From an uncultured Dehalococcoidia bacterium (GTDB taxonomy: Bacteria > Chloroflexota > Dehalococcoidia > Lucifugimonadales > UBA826), in the NCBI GenBank assembly GCA_964652755.1, contig CAZZBP010000006.1:1-54426 (forward strand): DNA of 54,426 bases, given 5' to 3'. The notes beneath the pieces were generated by a model that saw only the letters and a program-made list of their open reading frames with translations, did not search any database and was not told the origin of the DNA. Below, one piece after another: positions 36,764 through 46,929 of the stretch. Position 1 is the first letter of the stretch. The number at the start of each line of letters is the position of its first letter. Both the position numbers and the translations under genes were made by a program.

Positions 36764-38641
36764 TTGGGTGAGTCCAAAATTCGCTTTGGTGCGGCCCTTT
36801 TAGCCGTCGGCGCATTAGCAGTTATGCTAACAACTGCGATTGCGTGTAGCGCATCCGACGAAGAAGAAGCTCCTGCGGCCTCTGCTCCTGCAGCAGTAGC
36901 AGTACCTACAGCAGCTCCTGCGGCAGCTCCTGCGGCAGCTCCTGCGGCAGCTCCTGCGCCCACGGCTGCTCCTGCACCGGCGACAAAACCTGCGCCGGCC
37001 GCTCCTACAAAGAATGTATACGGCAGAGAGATGCCCGCAGACGCTGCCCCCATGGGAGACCAGTTCCTGAAGGTGAACTACGAGAGAGAGGGTGAGGCCC
37101 TTGAGTTTGCCGTAAGCGTCTATAACTCAGCAGCTGGCGGTTTCCAAAGTGGATTCAGCCTCGCACTGCTCAGTACAGATCTTTCAACGGTGCCTGGCAG
37201 TGCGACTGGTTGGTCCTCCTCTGACGACATGAAGACATGGACCTTCAATCTTGACAAGGATCTCAAATGGAGTGATGGCGTTCCAGTTACTGCCCACGAC
37301 TTCGTTTACACGTGGCAGTACTATGCAGATCCGGAACATGCCTATGACTTCACCTGGTATTTTGGAATGCTAGAAGTCAAAAACTACGGCGCAGTTAGCA
37401 AGGGTGAGGTCCCCAAGGAATCCCTTGGAGTAGAGGCAACTGATGATCACACGTTAGTCTTTCATCTAGACACTCCAGCTCCTTACGTACCCGGCTTCAT
37501 GATGTACGGCACGCCACTTGCCAAACACCAGGCTGAAAAGCACGGCTACTACTATTCAAACGACCCAGCCACAGCGCTTTCCAGCAACCCGTGGCAACTA
37601 AAGGAATGGATACCCAATCAGCACGCTGAGTATGAGCCTAACCTCAACTACACAGGAAAGTGGCTCCCTTACGTTGAGAATATCAAGAAGGTCTACGGCG
37701 AGCGCAAGTTCGACCAGTATCTTGCTGGCGAGATTGACACAGTTAACGGACCTTTCTCTCCGGGAGATCAGGAATATCTCATGGCAGATTCGAATCTGCT
37801 GAAAGAACGCGGGCTGTCACCGGGTGACTTCCGTACCCACTATCTCTTTTTTGACTTCCAAAGCGAACCTTTCAACGACTTAAAGGTCCGACAGGCATTC
37901 GCCAAGGCGATAGACCGTCAATCGATAATGAAGAACGTGGTGGGCGAGGCGGCTGGTGAACCCAGATACGGAATTCTTATTCCCGGGTTCCCTGATGCTG
38001 CAGGTCCTGACTTGCTGAAAAAATATCAAGGATTTGATGCAGCGGCGGCCAAGCAACTCATGGCAGATGCTGGTTTCGCTGACGGCGCAGGCTTCCCCAA
38101 GCTCGAGCTGGCCCTAAGGTCAGAGTCAGAGATCGGCCAGGCAGCAGCAGCAGCAGTTGCCCAGTCCCTGAAGAAGCATATCAATGTTGACGTAACAATC
38201 AACAACATGGATGGAAAATCCTACATGGCGGAGCTAAACGGTCACAATCTCACGTTCGCTATGGTCTCCTACGGTTTCGACTACGTTGACGCCTCCAACT
38301 TCATGGGGGTTTTCAAGACAGATGGTCGGCACAACTGGAACAACAAGGAGTTCGAGGACCTCAGAATCGAGGCTGGTGCAATGGCACTTTCCCCGGATCG
38401 TTCCGCGAAGATGATAAAACTGCAGGAAATCCTTTCAGAGGATGTCGGCAGTGTGTTCTTCTGGTCGCAGATACAAAACCAGCTGCATAAGCCATACCTT
38501 AAGGGTCCCTGGAGGGACACACTCAAGGCTGGCTGGACGGGTCTGCAGTCCCCGAACTGGAACACAGGATTCGGGGCCCAGAACATTTACGAGGTCTACA
38601 TAGGTGACAATGTCACAGACTTCGCCAGATCTTCGTACTAG
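36764..38641 (+). CDS. ABC transporter substrate-binding lipoprotein, family 5 (OppA-like)
   Basis: GGAGGTG RBS, lipobox AIAC, Ala/Pro linker, WTFNL...KWSDGVPVTAHDFVYTW and PFNDLKVRQAFAKAIDR. Confidence 0.92.
   Translation: MGESKIRFGAALLAVGALAVMLTTAIACSASDEEEAPAASAPAAVAVPTAAPAAAPAAAPAAAPAPTAAPAPATKPAPAAPTKNVYGREMPADAAPMGDQFLKVNYEREGEALEFAVSVYNSAAGGFQSGFSLALLSTDLSTVPGSATGWSSSDDMKTWTFNLDKDLKWSDGVPVTAHDFVYTWQYYADPEHAYDFTWYFGMLEVKNYGAVSKGEVPKESLGVEATDDHTLVFHLDTPAPYVPGFMMYGTPLAKHQAEKHGYYYSNDPATALSSNPWQLKEWIPNQHAEYEPNLNYTGKWLPYVENIKKVYGERKFDQYLAGEIDTVNGPFSPGDQEYLMADSNLLKERGLSPGDFRTHYLFFDFQSEPFNDLKVRQAFAKAIDRQSIMKNVVGEAAGEPRYGILIPGFPDAAGPDLLKKYQGFDAAAAKQLMADAGFADGAGFPKLELALRSESEIGQAAAAAVAQSLKKHINVDVTINNMDGKSYMAELNGHNLTFAMVSYGFDYVDASNFMGVFKTDGRHNWNNKEFEDLRIEAGAMALSPDRSAKMIKLQEILSEDVGSVFFWSQIQNQLHKPYLKGPWRDTLKAGWTGLQSPNWNTGFGAQNIYEVYIGDNVTDFARSSY
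36911..36958 (+). repeat. In-frame tandem repeat (GCAGCTCCTGCG)x4 encoding the AAPA linker
   Basis: Four perfect 12-bp copies. Confidence 0.95.
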
Positions 38642-38669
38642 ACACCTAGCTAGATTACAGTCACACAAC

Positions 38670-38700
38670 ACTGTCGCCCGATCAAAGACCGGGCGACAGT
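38670..38700 (+). terminator. Strong stem-loop after the SBP gene (mRNA stabiliser or partial terminator)
   Basis: ACTGTCGCCCG / CGGGCGACAGT form a perfect 11-bp stem with no poly-U tail. Confidence 0.7.
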
Positions 38701-38748
38701 CATATATTAACGGGCACCCCGCATCTACTTCCTAAAGCAGGTAGATTA

Positions 38749-39960
38749 TTGGCTCGCCCTCTCGGAGTTATCGCCACGAACATAACGGCTGTCAGAGAGC
38801 AAATTCCTGCGCTCAAAAGTTGCGTTTATATGAATTGCGGCACTTTTGGGCCTACGCCTACACCAGTAGCCACTGAAGCAGCGCGTCTTGCTAGGCTTGT
38901 AGAGTCAAAAGGAGCATTTCACCCTCAAACTAGGAAGGAAATAGAGTTCGAGGGTTTCGAGCGATTTAGGGATTCTATTTCCTCATATATTATGGCATCA
39001 TCCGATGAGGTCGCCTTGACCAGAAACGTCTCAGATGGCATCAACATAGTCGCCTCAGGCTTTGACTGGCAACCCGACGATGAAGTCATTATCACCGATG
39101 AGGAACATCCCAGTGGATCACTTCCTTTCATGAACTTAGCCCGCCGATATGGGGCTGTTGTCAAGATGATCCCTTTCCATACAGACCCGGGAGCTCTAAT
39201 CCAGGACCTCGAAATTCTCGTAAATGACAGAACTAAGCTCGTGTTTATGAGCCACGTTTCAACCGTAGATGGCGCTAGGCTCCCAGCAAAAGAGGCAAGT
39301 GATTTTTTAAGACACAAAAATGTGCCGTTTATGCTCGACGGAGCACATGCCATCGGGCAATTCTCGGTAGATGTGAAAGACCTTGGCTGCGACTTCTACG
39401 CAGGATGCTGCCACAAATGGCTTCTCGCACAACAGGGAACAGGGTTTCTCTATGTCGACGACGCGTGGATCGATAGGTTAGAGACTTCCTGGGTAGGCTG
39501 GGGAATGACAGACGAGTATGACTTGGAAGGTTTGAACTACACACCCTTGTCCTCTGCAAGAAGATTCGAGTATGGTACCCGCAATTGGGCAACTCACGTT
39601 AGTGCCATAAAAGCGATGGAATTCCACAATTCCCTCGGTCCGGCTAACATTTACTCTCGAAGTCACGATCTGGCAGAACGACTAAAGAGGAGATTGACGG
39701 ACATTCCTGGCCTAGAAGTAATCACCCCTATGGAGCGCGACAAAACAACAGGAATCGTAGCTCTATCCACCCAAGGATTAGGGCATCCTTCTCCGGGAGA
39801 CTGGCTTTGGGAAAATCAACGCATCCTTACTGCCCATAACCCCGAAAGGCAGACAATGAGACTCGCAGCGGCGTTCTTCCTCTTGGAAGAGGAGATCGAC
39901 CTGCTGGCAGATTGCTTCTCCGAACTATCCAAGAACAATAAACTAGGACTTCAAAGGTAG
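38749..39960 (+). CDS. Class V PLP-dependent enzyme (CefD/EgtE-like lyase or epimerase)
   Basis: YMNCGTFGP, EHPS, LDGAHAIG, GCCHKWL (PLP Lys) and RFEYGT. No C-terminal persulfide Cys motif. Confidence 0.85.
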   Translation: MARPLGVIATNITAVREQIPALKSCVYMNCGTFGPTPTPVATEAARLARLVESKGAFHPQTRKEIEFEGFERFRDSISSYIMASSDEVALTRNVSDGINIVASGFDWQPDDEVIITDEEHPSGSLPFMNLARRYGAVVKMIPFHTDPGALIQDLEILVNDRTKLVFMSHVSTVDGARLPAKEASDFLRHKNVPFMLDGAHAIGQFSVDVKDLGCDFYAGCCHKWLLAQQGTGFLYVDDAWIDRLETSWVGWGMTDEYDLEGLNYTPLSSARRFEYGTRNWATHVSAIKAMEFHNSLGPANIYSRSHDLAERLKRRLTDIPGLEVITPMERDKTTGIVALSTQGLGHPSPGDWLWENQRILTAHNPERQTMRLAAAFFLLEEEIDLLADCFSELSKNNKLGLQR

Positions 39961-40893
39961 ATGATCAGGTATTCGATTGGCAGACTTGTCGGCCTCCTCG
40001 GCTCAGTGCTGATTATATCGTTAATATTATTTCTTGCTACACGATGGCTTCCTGGTACTCCCTGGAATGAAGCGGAGATTCCGCTTCAGGGGGCCGCTAA
40101 AGAGAACATGATGCGGAAATACGGCCTTGACAAGCCTGTGCACGTGCAATATGCAAAATATGTGTGGAATCTTTTACATCTCGATTTAGGGCACTCATAT
40201 ATCTACAAAACAGACACGGTGTGGAAAACTATTGCCAGAGGTTGGCCTGCCACAGCAAAGATTGGATCGTACACCGTCATAATTGCCCTCACCTTTGGCA
40301 CAATTCTGGGTGTTCTTGCAGCCTTGCGTCAAAATAGTCCATTTGACTACGGCATAACCCTGCTGGCCACGACTGGAATAACGGTACCAAATTTTGCAAT
40401 CGCTGTATGGCTGGTCATGTTCATATCTGTAAAGATGGACCTCCTGCCAACTCAAGGGTGGGGAACATGGCAGCACATGGTTCTTCCTATCGTGGCGTAC
40501 TGTTTAGCTCCCCTGGGCCTTGTGGCTCGATTCACCAGAGTGAGCATGCTCGAGGCAATGCGTTCGGACTACGTACGAACTGCCAGAGCCAAAGGCCTTG
40601 CGGAACATGTAGTCGTAGTTAGGCACATCTTCAAGAATGCCTTAATCCCTATAATTACATTAATTGGCCCTCTTGTTCCGAACCTAATGACCGGAAGTAT
40701 ATTCATAGAGAACACCTTCGGTATTCCAGGTATTGGTCGCCATTTCGTCACCAGCATATTCGACCGAGATTATCCAGTAATATTGGGCATGTTCATGCTG
40801 GTCGCTGTCTTATTTGGGCTAACTTATTTCATCAGTGATATCCTCTATACTTGGGCCGACCCCAGAGTGAGAATAACCGGTCAGAAATCATGA
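39961..40893 (+). CDS. Peptide ABC transporter permease (OppB-like)
   Basis: YGLDKP, DLGHS, EAA loop DYVRTARAKGL, IENTFGIPGIG and DPRV. Confidence 0.93.
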   Translation: MIRYSIGRLVGLLGSVLIISLILFLATRWLPGTPWNEAEIPLQGAAKENMMRKYGLDKPVHVQYAKYVWNLLHLDLGHSYIYKTDTVWKTIARGWPATAKIGSYTVIIALTFGTILGVLAALRQNSPFDYGITLLATTGITVPNFAIAVWLVMFISVKMDLLPTQGWGTWQHMVLPIVAYCLAPLGLVARFTRVSMLEAMRSDYVRTARAKGLAEHVVVVRHIFKNALIPIITLIGPLVPNLMTGSIFIENTFGIPGIGRHFVTSIFDRDYPVILGMFMLVAVLFGLTYFISDILYTWADPRVRITGQKS

Positions 40894-41768
40894 ATAGCCT
40901 TCACCAAGTTGAAGAGGAAAGGCAAAAGAGCCGCGCGACTTTCGCCTGGCGATTCAGACGGAATAAACTGGCGGTTGCTGGCCTCACCGTTGTGTCCATC
41001 TGCCTCTTCATCGCCGCCTTCGCCAATTTCCTCGCTCCTACGGGATACGACGTTGGCGATCTAATAGAAGCACGCCAGAATCCGAGTTGGGCCCATATAT
41101 TCGGCACCGACGCCGTCGGCAGAGATTATTTCAGTCGCATCTTATATGCCACCCGAACATCTATTCTTGTGGCCGGTGGTGTATCAGCGATCACCTTCAC
41201 CGTTGGAATAACCCTGGGGACTTTGGGCGGCTATCTCGGCGGCTGGATAGACCAGGTAGTCGTACGCATCATAGAAATTGCGACAGGCATCCCTACCTTG
41301 CTGGTAGCCATGTTCATCATGGGTTTCTTGGGCCATGATTTACACAACGTCATTCTCGCTCTCGGGATGTCTGGCTGGGTTGTAGAAACCCGTATAACTC
41401 GGGGACAATTCCTCGCTTTCCGAGAACGAGAGTTTGTCATCGCCGCTCAGGCCATCGGGGCAAGTCGACTCAGGGTTTGCCTCAGGCATATCTTCCCCAA
41501 TATCATTCCTATCTTAGCTGTGCTCCTTGCCTTTCAAATACCGGCAGTTATTTTCGCCGAAGCGGGCTTAAGCTTCCTAGGACTTGGTATTGATGAACCC
41601 GTTCCGAGTCTTGGCAAAATGGTATCAACAAGCCTAGGATACGTGCGGGTATACTGGCATATGGGACTCTTCCCTAGCCTTATGATAGCAATTATCACCA
41701 TGGGCTTTACTTTCATGGGAGATGGCCTCCGCGATGCCCTTGATCCCACTATGAACCGAGAATCTTAA
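40890..41768 (+). CDS. Peptide ABC transporter permease (OppC-like)
   Basis: FGTDAVGRD, EFVIAAQAIGA, HIFPN, EAGLSFLGLG and GDGLRDALDP. ATGA overlap with the oppB-like stop. Confidence 0.93.
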   Translation: MNSLHQVEEERQKSRATFAWRFRRNKLAVAGLTVVSICLFIAAFANFLAPTGYDVGDLIEARQNPSWAHIFGTDAVGRDYFSRILYATRTSILVAGGVSAITFTVGITLGTLGGYLGGWIDQVVVRIIEIATGIPTLLVAMFIMGFLGHDLHNVILALGMSGWVVETRITRGQFLAFREREFVIAAQAIGASRLRVCLRHIFPNIIPILAVLLAFQIPAVIFAEAGLSFLGLGIDEPVPSLGKMVSTSLGYVRVYWHMGLFPSLMIAIITMGFTFMGDGLRDALDPTMNRES

Positions 41769-41837
41769 GGACCCTCATTCGAAAACTAACAATCGCAGAT
41801 AAATAATAGTTCTCATAGAGAAAGAGAGCCAAATAAG

Positions 41838-43088
41838 ATGACTGACACCTGTAAAGTTGTTTCCAGATGGAGCAACGCTGATATTGATGAGCTTCTCTCA
41901 GCAGGCGCGCAAAACATAGGAGCCGGTAGCGCGACCGACGCCGGCAGGTCATGGAGTCGGCCTACCGATCACCCAGATCCCATTGTCCTAGCAGGCGGGA
42001 TTCCAGATGATACAGTCCTTCCCACAGCAGATCTCGTTGAAGGATTCTCCAGCGCAATCAAAAGCCACGCGGCCGATGCTCTCATGTACGGTGGATGGTA
42101 CGGTTACGAAGGCTGCAGGCAAGCCATCGCTGACAGACAGAACAAGATCGAAGGAACAACACTTGAGGCTGACAATATCATCATGCATAACGGCAGTTCC
42201 GGTTGCCTTGAAAACGTCCTGAAAGCTTTCATCCAACCAGGCGACGTTGCTATCGTTGAATCACCCAGTTTCTCAGGTACTGTCAGGGCAATCCAAGGCT
42301 TCCAAGCAGAAGTCGTTGAGGTACCCATGAATCGCTACGGGATAGAGCCAGATCTGTTTCGGCAAACAGTGGAGCGTCTCGAAAAAGAGGGTAGGAGAAT
42401 AAAGATTTTCTACACCATCCCTGATTACCACAACCCAGTTGGAAATGTGACTTCACTTGAAGTGCGACAATCGGTCCTAGAAACCTGTTCGGAGCATAAG
42501 ATTCTTATTGCCGAAGACGCCGCCTACACTGAGATATATTTCGATTCTCCCCCACCTCCCTCCTATTACGCTATGTCTAACGGGCACGGTGTTGTTAAAC
42601 TTTGCAGCTTCAGCAAAACGGTCGCGACCGGTCTAAGGGCTGGATGGATCCAGGCAAGGGAAGAGTTTGCGGCGCCACTCACAAAAGTCCGATTCGACAT
42701 GGGTAATAGCCCCTTGGTCCATTACGCTCTTGCCAATTTCATCGATTCCGGCCGGCTGGACTCACATGTTGAATCAATGCGCGCACTGTATCGAGACAAA
42801 TGTAAAGCACTTTGCAAATCCCTTCGTGATCACTGCAGTCCCTACGTAGAATTCGAGGAGCCGGACGGAGGTTACTTCCTTTGGGTAGATTGTAAGAAAG
42901 GCAAAGCAGCTGCTCTCACACGAGCGGCTGCGAAAGAGGGTTTAATATTTCCTCTTGGATCTGTCTTCTTTGTCGACAGGAACCAGGATGACACACATTT
43001 TCGACTAGCATTCACTCGAGCTCCATTCGCCAACCTAGAAGAGGCCGGCAGAAGACTAAATAGGGCCTTCGAGGCAATCCTGGACTGA
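41838..43088 (+). CDS. Class I/II PLP aminotransferase (LysN/2-aminoadipate transaminase-like)
   Basis: LAGGIPD, YTIPDYHNPVG, EDAAY, SFSKTVATGLRAGW and PDGGYFLW. Confidence 0.9.
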   Translation: MTDTCKVVSRWSNADIDELLSAGAQNIGAGSATDAGRSWSRPTDHPDPIVLAGGIPDDTVLPTADLVEGFSSAIKSHAADALMYGGWYGYEGCRQAIADRQNKIEGTTLEADNIIMHNGSSGCLENVLKAFIQPGDVAIVESPSFSGTVRAIQGFQAEVVEVPMNRYGIEPDLFRQTVERLEKEGRRIKIFYTIPDYHNPVGNVTSLEVRQSVLETCSEHKILIAEDAAYTEIYFDSPPPPSYYAMSNGHGVVKLCSFSKTVATGLRAGWIQAREEFAAPLTKVRFDMGNSPLVHYALANFIDSGRLDSHVESMRALYRDKCKALCKSLRDHCSPYVEFEEPDGGYFLWVDCKKGKAAALTRAAAKEGLIFPLGSVFFVDRNQDDTHFRLAFTRAPFANLEEAGRRLNRAFEAILD

Positions 43089-43140
43089 GCTTTTGTACTA
43101 GATTGAAGATCGCAATTTCCCCTGCCGACGTTGAGTTAAA

Positions 43141-43935
43141 GTGAGTGAATCAAATGATCCTGTGCACGGATCTGAACTTCCAGATTCAACAGATTTGATT
43201 TGTGCAACAGTCAGTGATATCTGTCGGATTTCCCCCACAAAGGTAGCTTTCACACTTCTTACCACGGACAACGAAGACCAATCAAAGCCCACCGCCTCAT
43301 TAAAGGAACCTATACACTTACCGGGCCAGTGGGTCGACCTTATCATCGAGATCAATGGCAGAGAATATATCGGTGGCTATTCAATCATATCTAGCCCTGA
43401 CGCTCCTTCCATATCTCTTGCGGTCAAAGACGTTGGGATCGACCCGGTCACCCGCTGGATTCACGACTCGATGTCAGAGGGCGACCAGGTTAAATTTACT
43501 GTCGGTGGCGATTTCTTCTATACAACAAACAAAGGTAGCGCACTACTCTTGGCTGGGGGTATCGGGATCACACCCCTTCTAAGCATATTTAGGTATATAG
43601 CGGAAAGAGGAGAGAAAATGGCAGCATTGATCCATTCTGCTTCCACCCCCGAAGAGTTCATCTATCAGAAGGAGCTAGAAGAGTTGGCCGATTCGAGTTC
43701 TTTACTCTACTATCTAGCTACCGCGACTCAGGTAGGCAGTATGGATACCTTGCAAACGACCAACCAGCATTTTGAAACCGGCCGACTGGATGCAAGTAAA
43801 CTACAACAAGTAGGCATCACCAAATACGATTCGGCTTTCATTTGCGGGCCTCCAAAAATGATTGAAGCCGGGAAAACTCTGCTGGAAACTCAAGGTTTTC
43901 CAGCAGAAAGAATTGAATACGAAAAATGGTGGTAA
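43141..43935 (+). CDS. FNR-like FAD/NAD-binding oxidoreductase (OXNAD1-like)
   Basis: PGQWVD, GGYSIISSP, LLAGGIGITP, FICGPP and C-terminal EKWW. No Fe-S domain. Confidence 0.88.
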   Translation: MSESNDPVHGSELPDSTDLICATVSDICRISPTKVAFTLLTTDNEDQSKPTASLKEPIHLPGQWVDLIIEINGREYIGGYSIISSPDAPSISLAVKDVGIDPVTRWIHDSMSEGDQVKFTVGGDFFYTTNKGSALLLAGGIGITPLLSIFRYIAERGEKMAALIHSASTPEEFIYQKELEELADSSSLLYYLATATQVGSMDTLQTTNQHFETGRLDASKLQQVGITKYDSAFICGPPKMIEAGKTLLETQGFPAERIEYEKWW

Positions 43936-43970
43936 TCGAACAGGCGCAACACGGCACAAAGCTCTACCAT

Positions 43971-45587
43971 TTATTCCACAATCTGGAATGGCGGCATCAT
44001 ATTCGTGATCTCTACGTCAATAACGGCGGGTGAATTCGCAGACATCGCCTTTGTTATCGCCTCTCCGATGCCATCAGTATCAGTTCGAATTCCGGTAGCA
44101 CCAAACGACTGCGCCAACATAACGAAGTCAGGGTTGTGAAGATCGGTCCCAATGTAGCGACCGTTGAAAGCATGCTCTTGATCCCACCTTGAGGCGCCAA
44201 AGGCACCATTATTAAACACCAATGCGATCGTGTTTAGACCGTATTTGACTGCGGTAGATAATTCTTGAGGAGAATACATAAATCCACCATCCCCGCACAG
44301 GGCTACAACCGGACGGTCCGGAAAAGCAGCCTGGCTACCCAAAGCGGTAGGATACACATAGCCCAACGTACCGAAATATGACGAGGAAACATAATTCCTT
44401 GGTTCACTCATAGGAAGAGCTTCACTGCTCCAATATCCGATATTAGTCATTCCTTGAACGACAATCGTATCATGAGTTAGGGCACTGCTAATCTTATCAA
44501 TTACAGAAACTTGCTCCGGTGCTAAACGGGATACTTCTCTTGAGAACTCTTCTTTCAGAGATACAGCTCTTTCCGATCGTTGACCTTTATCTATGCTAGA
44601 CGTTTCAATTTTAGATATTAGGTTATCTAAGCATTCTGCCGCGTCACCCACCAATCCTACTTCCGGAGTAAACTTCTGGCCTATTTGGCTTTTTTCAACA
44701 TCTATATGTACAAGTGTCGGCATATTTTCAGGCGAAACGCCCCTCAATGACAATCGCGTCCCTACAGCTATAAGTAGGTCACTGTCTGACAGAACCATGG
44801 ATGCTGGGCCGATTGCCGAATTTACTCCTGTCGCCAAATGGTTGCGCTCTGGGATTACCCCTTTCGCCAGTGGAGTTGTCATCACCGGAGCCTGTAATAG
44901 CTCTGCTAACTTTCGTATCTGATCGTGAGCACCTGAAGCAACTACGCCGCCGCCAGCAATAATAGCCGGCTTCTGGCTTTTGCTAATCAGGATGGCCGCC
45001 GCCGCGATATCCTCCATATCAGGTGTTGGGTGTGGAAAAGTTTCTTTTCCGACTAACGCTATGTCATCTGAGCCGGACAAGATATCGGGCGGTATCTCCA
45101 GTTCGACCGGACCAGGCCGGCCTGTTGTCATCTGGCGAAATGCTTCATGGACTGCCGAAGGTATTTCTCCAGCACTTGTAACTCGATGATTCCATTTCGT
45201 GATCGGCCTGAATACATCCAATTGCTCACTTATTTCATGCAACTGACCGGTATTTTTTCCAAGGAACATCGACGGAATTTGGCCCGATATCAATAGGACT
45301 GGGCTAGAACAAGCGTAAGCTGTACCCAAACCTGCCGCAGCATTCAGGGCCCCAGGACCTGGAACGACCATTGCCACTCCTGGTTTACCTGTGACTTTCG
45401 CGTACCCATCAGCCATATAAGTTGTTGCCTGCTCGTGCCTTGTCTGAATGAGGCTTATCTCGTCTATAACCTCATACATTGCATCAAAGGCAGACATTAT
45501 CTGAGCACCAGGAAGGGCAAATACAGTATCAACCCCCTCTGCTTCTAGTTGTCTTGTCAGGGCCTGTGCGCCATTCATTTGTACCAT
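43971..45587 (-). CDS. Thiamine pyrophosphate-dependent enzyme (acetolactate synthase/decarboxylase family)
   Basis: VFALPG, RHEQ, PGPG and the TPP motif GDGGFMY...VFNN. Confidence 0.92.
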   Translation of the reverse strand: MVQMNGAQALTRQLEAEGVDTVFALPGAQIMSAFDAMYEVIDEISLIQTRHEQATTYMADGYAKVTGKPGVAMVVPGPGALNAAAGLGTAYACSSPVLLISGQIPSMFLGKNTGQLHEISEQLDVFRPITKWNHRVTSAGEIPSAVHEAFRQMTTGRPGPVELEIPPDILSGSDDIALVGKETFPHPTPDMEDIAAAAILISKSQKPAIIAGGGVVASGAHDQIRKLAELLQAPVMTTPLAKGVIPERNHLATGVNSAIGPASMVLSDSDLLIAVGTRLSLRGVSPENMPTLVHIDVEKSQIGQKFTPEVGLVGDAAECLDNLISKIETSSIDKGQRSERAVSLKEEFSREVSRLAPEQVSVIDKISSALTHDTIVVQGMTNIGYWSSEALPMSEPRNYVSSSYFGTLGYVYPTALGSQAAFPDRPVVALCGDGGFMYSPQELSTAVKYGLNTIALVFNNGAFGASRWDQEHAFNGRYIGTDLHNPDFVMLAQSFGATGIRTDTDGIGEAITKAMSANSPAVIDVEITNMMPPFQIVE

Positions 45588-45723
45588 TTAATTCTAACTC
45601 CCAAAGTCATTACCGTAATCCTAGTACGATCCCCTCAGGCTTTAATAGAGGTGAGGTTCAACAGAGTCGTTCTTCCTTGAATCTACTTAGGTTGCGAGTT
45701 TAATATTTGTTACCAACAAGGCC

Positions 45724-45747
45724 ATAAAATGGTGCACTTCATGCACC
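45724..45747 (-). terminator. Putative intrinsic terminator after the LLM gene
   Basis: GGTGCA-5nt-TGCACC hairpin followed by ATTTTAT on the minus strand, just after the stop codon at 45753. Confidence 0.5.
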
Positions 45748-45752
45748 CTCTT

Positions 45753-46862
45753 TTATCTGAAGGCAGGCATTACTTCTTTAGAAAACAGGTCGATCGACTC
45801 CCTGACATGAGCCATTGGCATACGGCCGATTCCATGGCGCGCGCAGAAGATATCCATTTGGATCAGACCCTGTTGTTTCTTAAGCTTCCGTGTGACCGTC
45901 TCAGGGCTGCCAACGAGAGCTAGCCCATTATCTATCCAAAAGTCATACGAATACTGTCTCTCGCGAAAAACTCTTCTCAGCTCCTGATGTTCTTTTGTCT
46001 GAGTTCTCTTCTGGTATCTGCCATCTGAACTTACTTCAAGACCAGCCTGAGCCACCGCAACCTGACCTGCTTCATGAAACTCTGGGTCCTTATCCCTGGG
46101 CGTCACAAGGTGAGGCTCGGCCTGTTCCCTGGCTTTTTCGTCGGTTTCTGCAACATGAACGTGACGCGTTAGAAAAGCTAATGGCATTGGGGCAGCATTC
46201 TTGTATTTTTTCAACATTTTCCGCCACATATCAAACTTCTCCGCCACGACAGAGTCCACGTCTATGTTCTGAGATACGTTGAAGTTGTGCTTTGCCGCAA
46301 ATTCAAAACTATGGGGGCTATGGGCAGCGTACCAGATCGGTGGGTGAGGATCCTGGAAAGGCCTGGGTTCAGTAAGCACTTCAACGAAATTGAAGTGCTT
46401 ACCTTCGAAAGTCACTACACCTTTTGCCCACGCTTGCTTGATTACCTCAAGGGCTTCATGGCTTTGCTCTCTCCGAGATTCGTAGGGAATATTCCAGCGA
46501 ATAAACTCATGAGGCGAAATACCAGTGCCTACACCAAATTCAAATCTACCCCTAGACAGATGATCCAAAGTTGCTGATTCTTGCGCTAGCCTTATCGGAT
46601 GATGGAATGGCATCTGGTAAATCATCATACCGAAGCGAAGGACACTCGTACTCCTGGCCAGTGAGGCAAAATAGACATTAGGGGACGTTAAATAGCTAAG
46701 AGGGGAAGATTGGTGCTCAATTGAAAAATAGTATTCATATCCTTTCTGTTCTACTTCGACGGCCAGTTGGATATGATCATCATACATATCCGCCGCACTG
46801 GGATAGGAGTCTGCCACGCCGCGGCTCATTACATCGAACACTCCGAAAGAAAGTTTCGTCAT
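45753..46862 (-). CDS. LLM-class flavin-dependent monooxygenase (luciferase-like)
   Basis: IEHQ, HPIRLAQE, LDHLSRGRFEFGVG, PRPFQDPHPPIW, LVGSPETV and EVMPAF. Confidence 0.92.
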   Translation of the reverse strand: MTKLSFGVFDVMSRGVADSYPSAADMYDDHIQLAVEVEQKGYEYYFSIEHQSSPLSYLTSPNVYFASLARSTSVLRFGMMIYQMPFHHPIRLAQESATLDHLSRGRFEFGVGTGISPHEFIRWNIPYESRREQSHEALEVIKQAWAKGVVTFEGKHFNFVEVLTEPRPFQDPHPPIWYAAHSPHSFEFAAKHNFNVSQNIDVDSVVAEKFDMWRKMLKKYKNAAPMPLAFLTRHVHVAETDEKAREQAEPHLVTPRDKDPEFHEAGQVAVAQAGLEVSSDGRYQKRTQTKEHQELRRVFRERQYSYDFWIDNGLALVGSPETVTRKLKKQQGLIQMDIFCARHGIGRMPMAHVRESIDLFSKEVMPAFR

Positions 46863-46929
46863 AGATTACTCACTTACCAGCATAGCTATATAACGGTATT
46901 AACCCCGTGTTATCGATCCCGATTTATAT

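Noticed and set aside
38749-39960. Cysteine desulfurase (SufS/IscS)
   Set aside because: No RxGHHCA or SSGSAC catalytic Cys loop.
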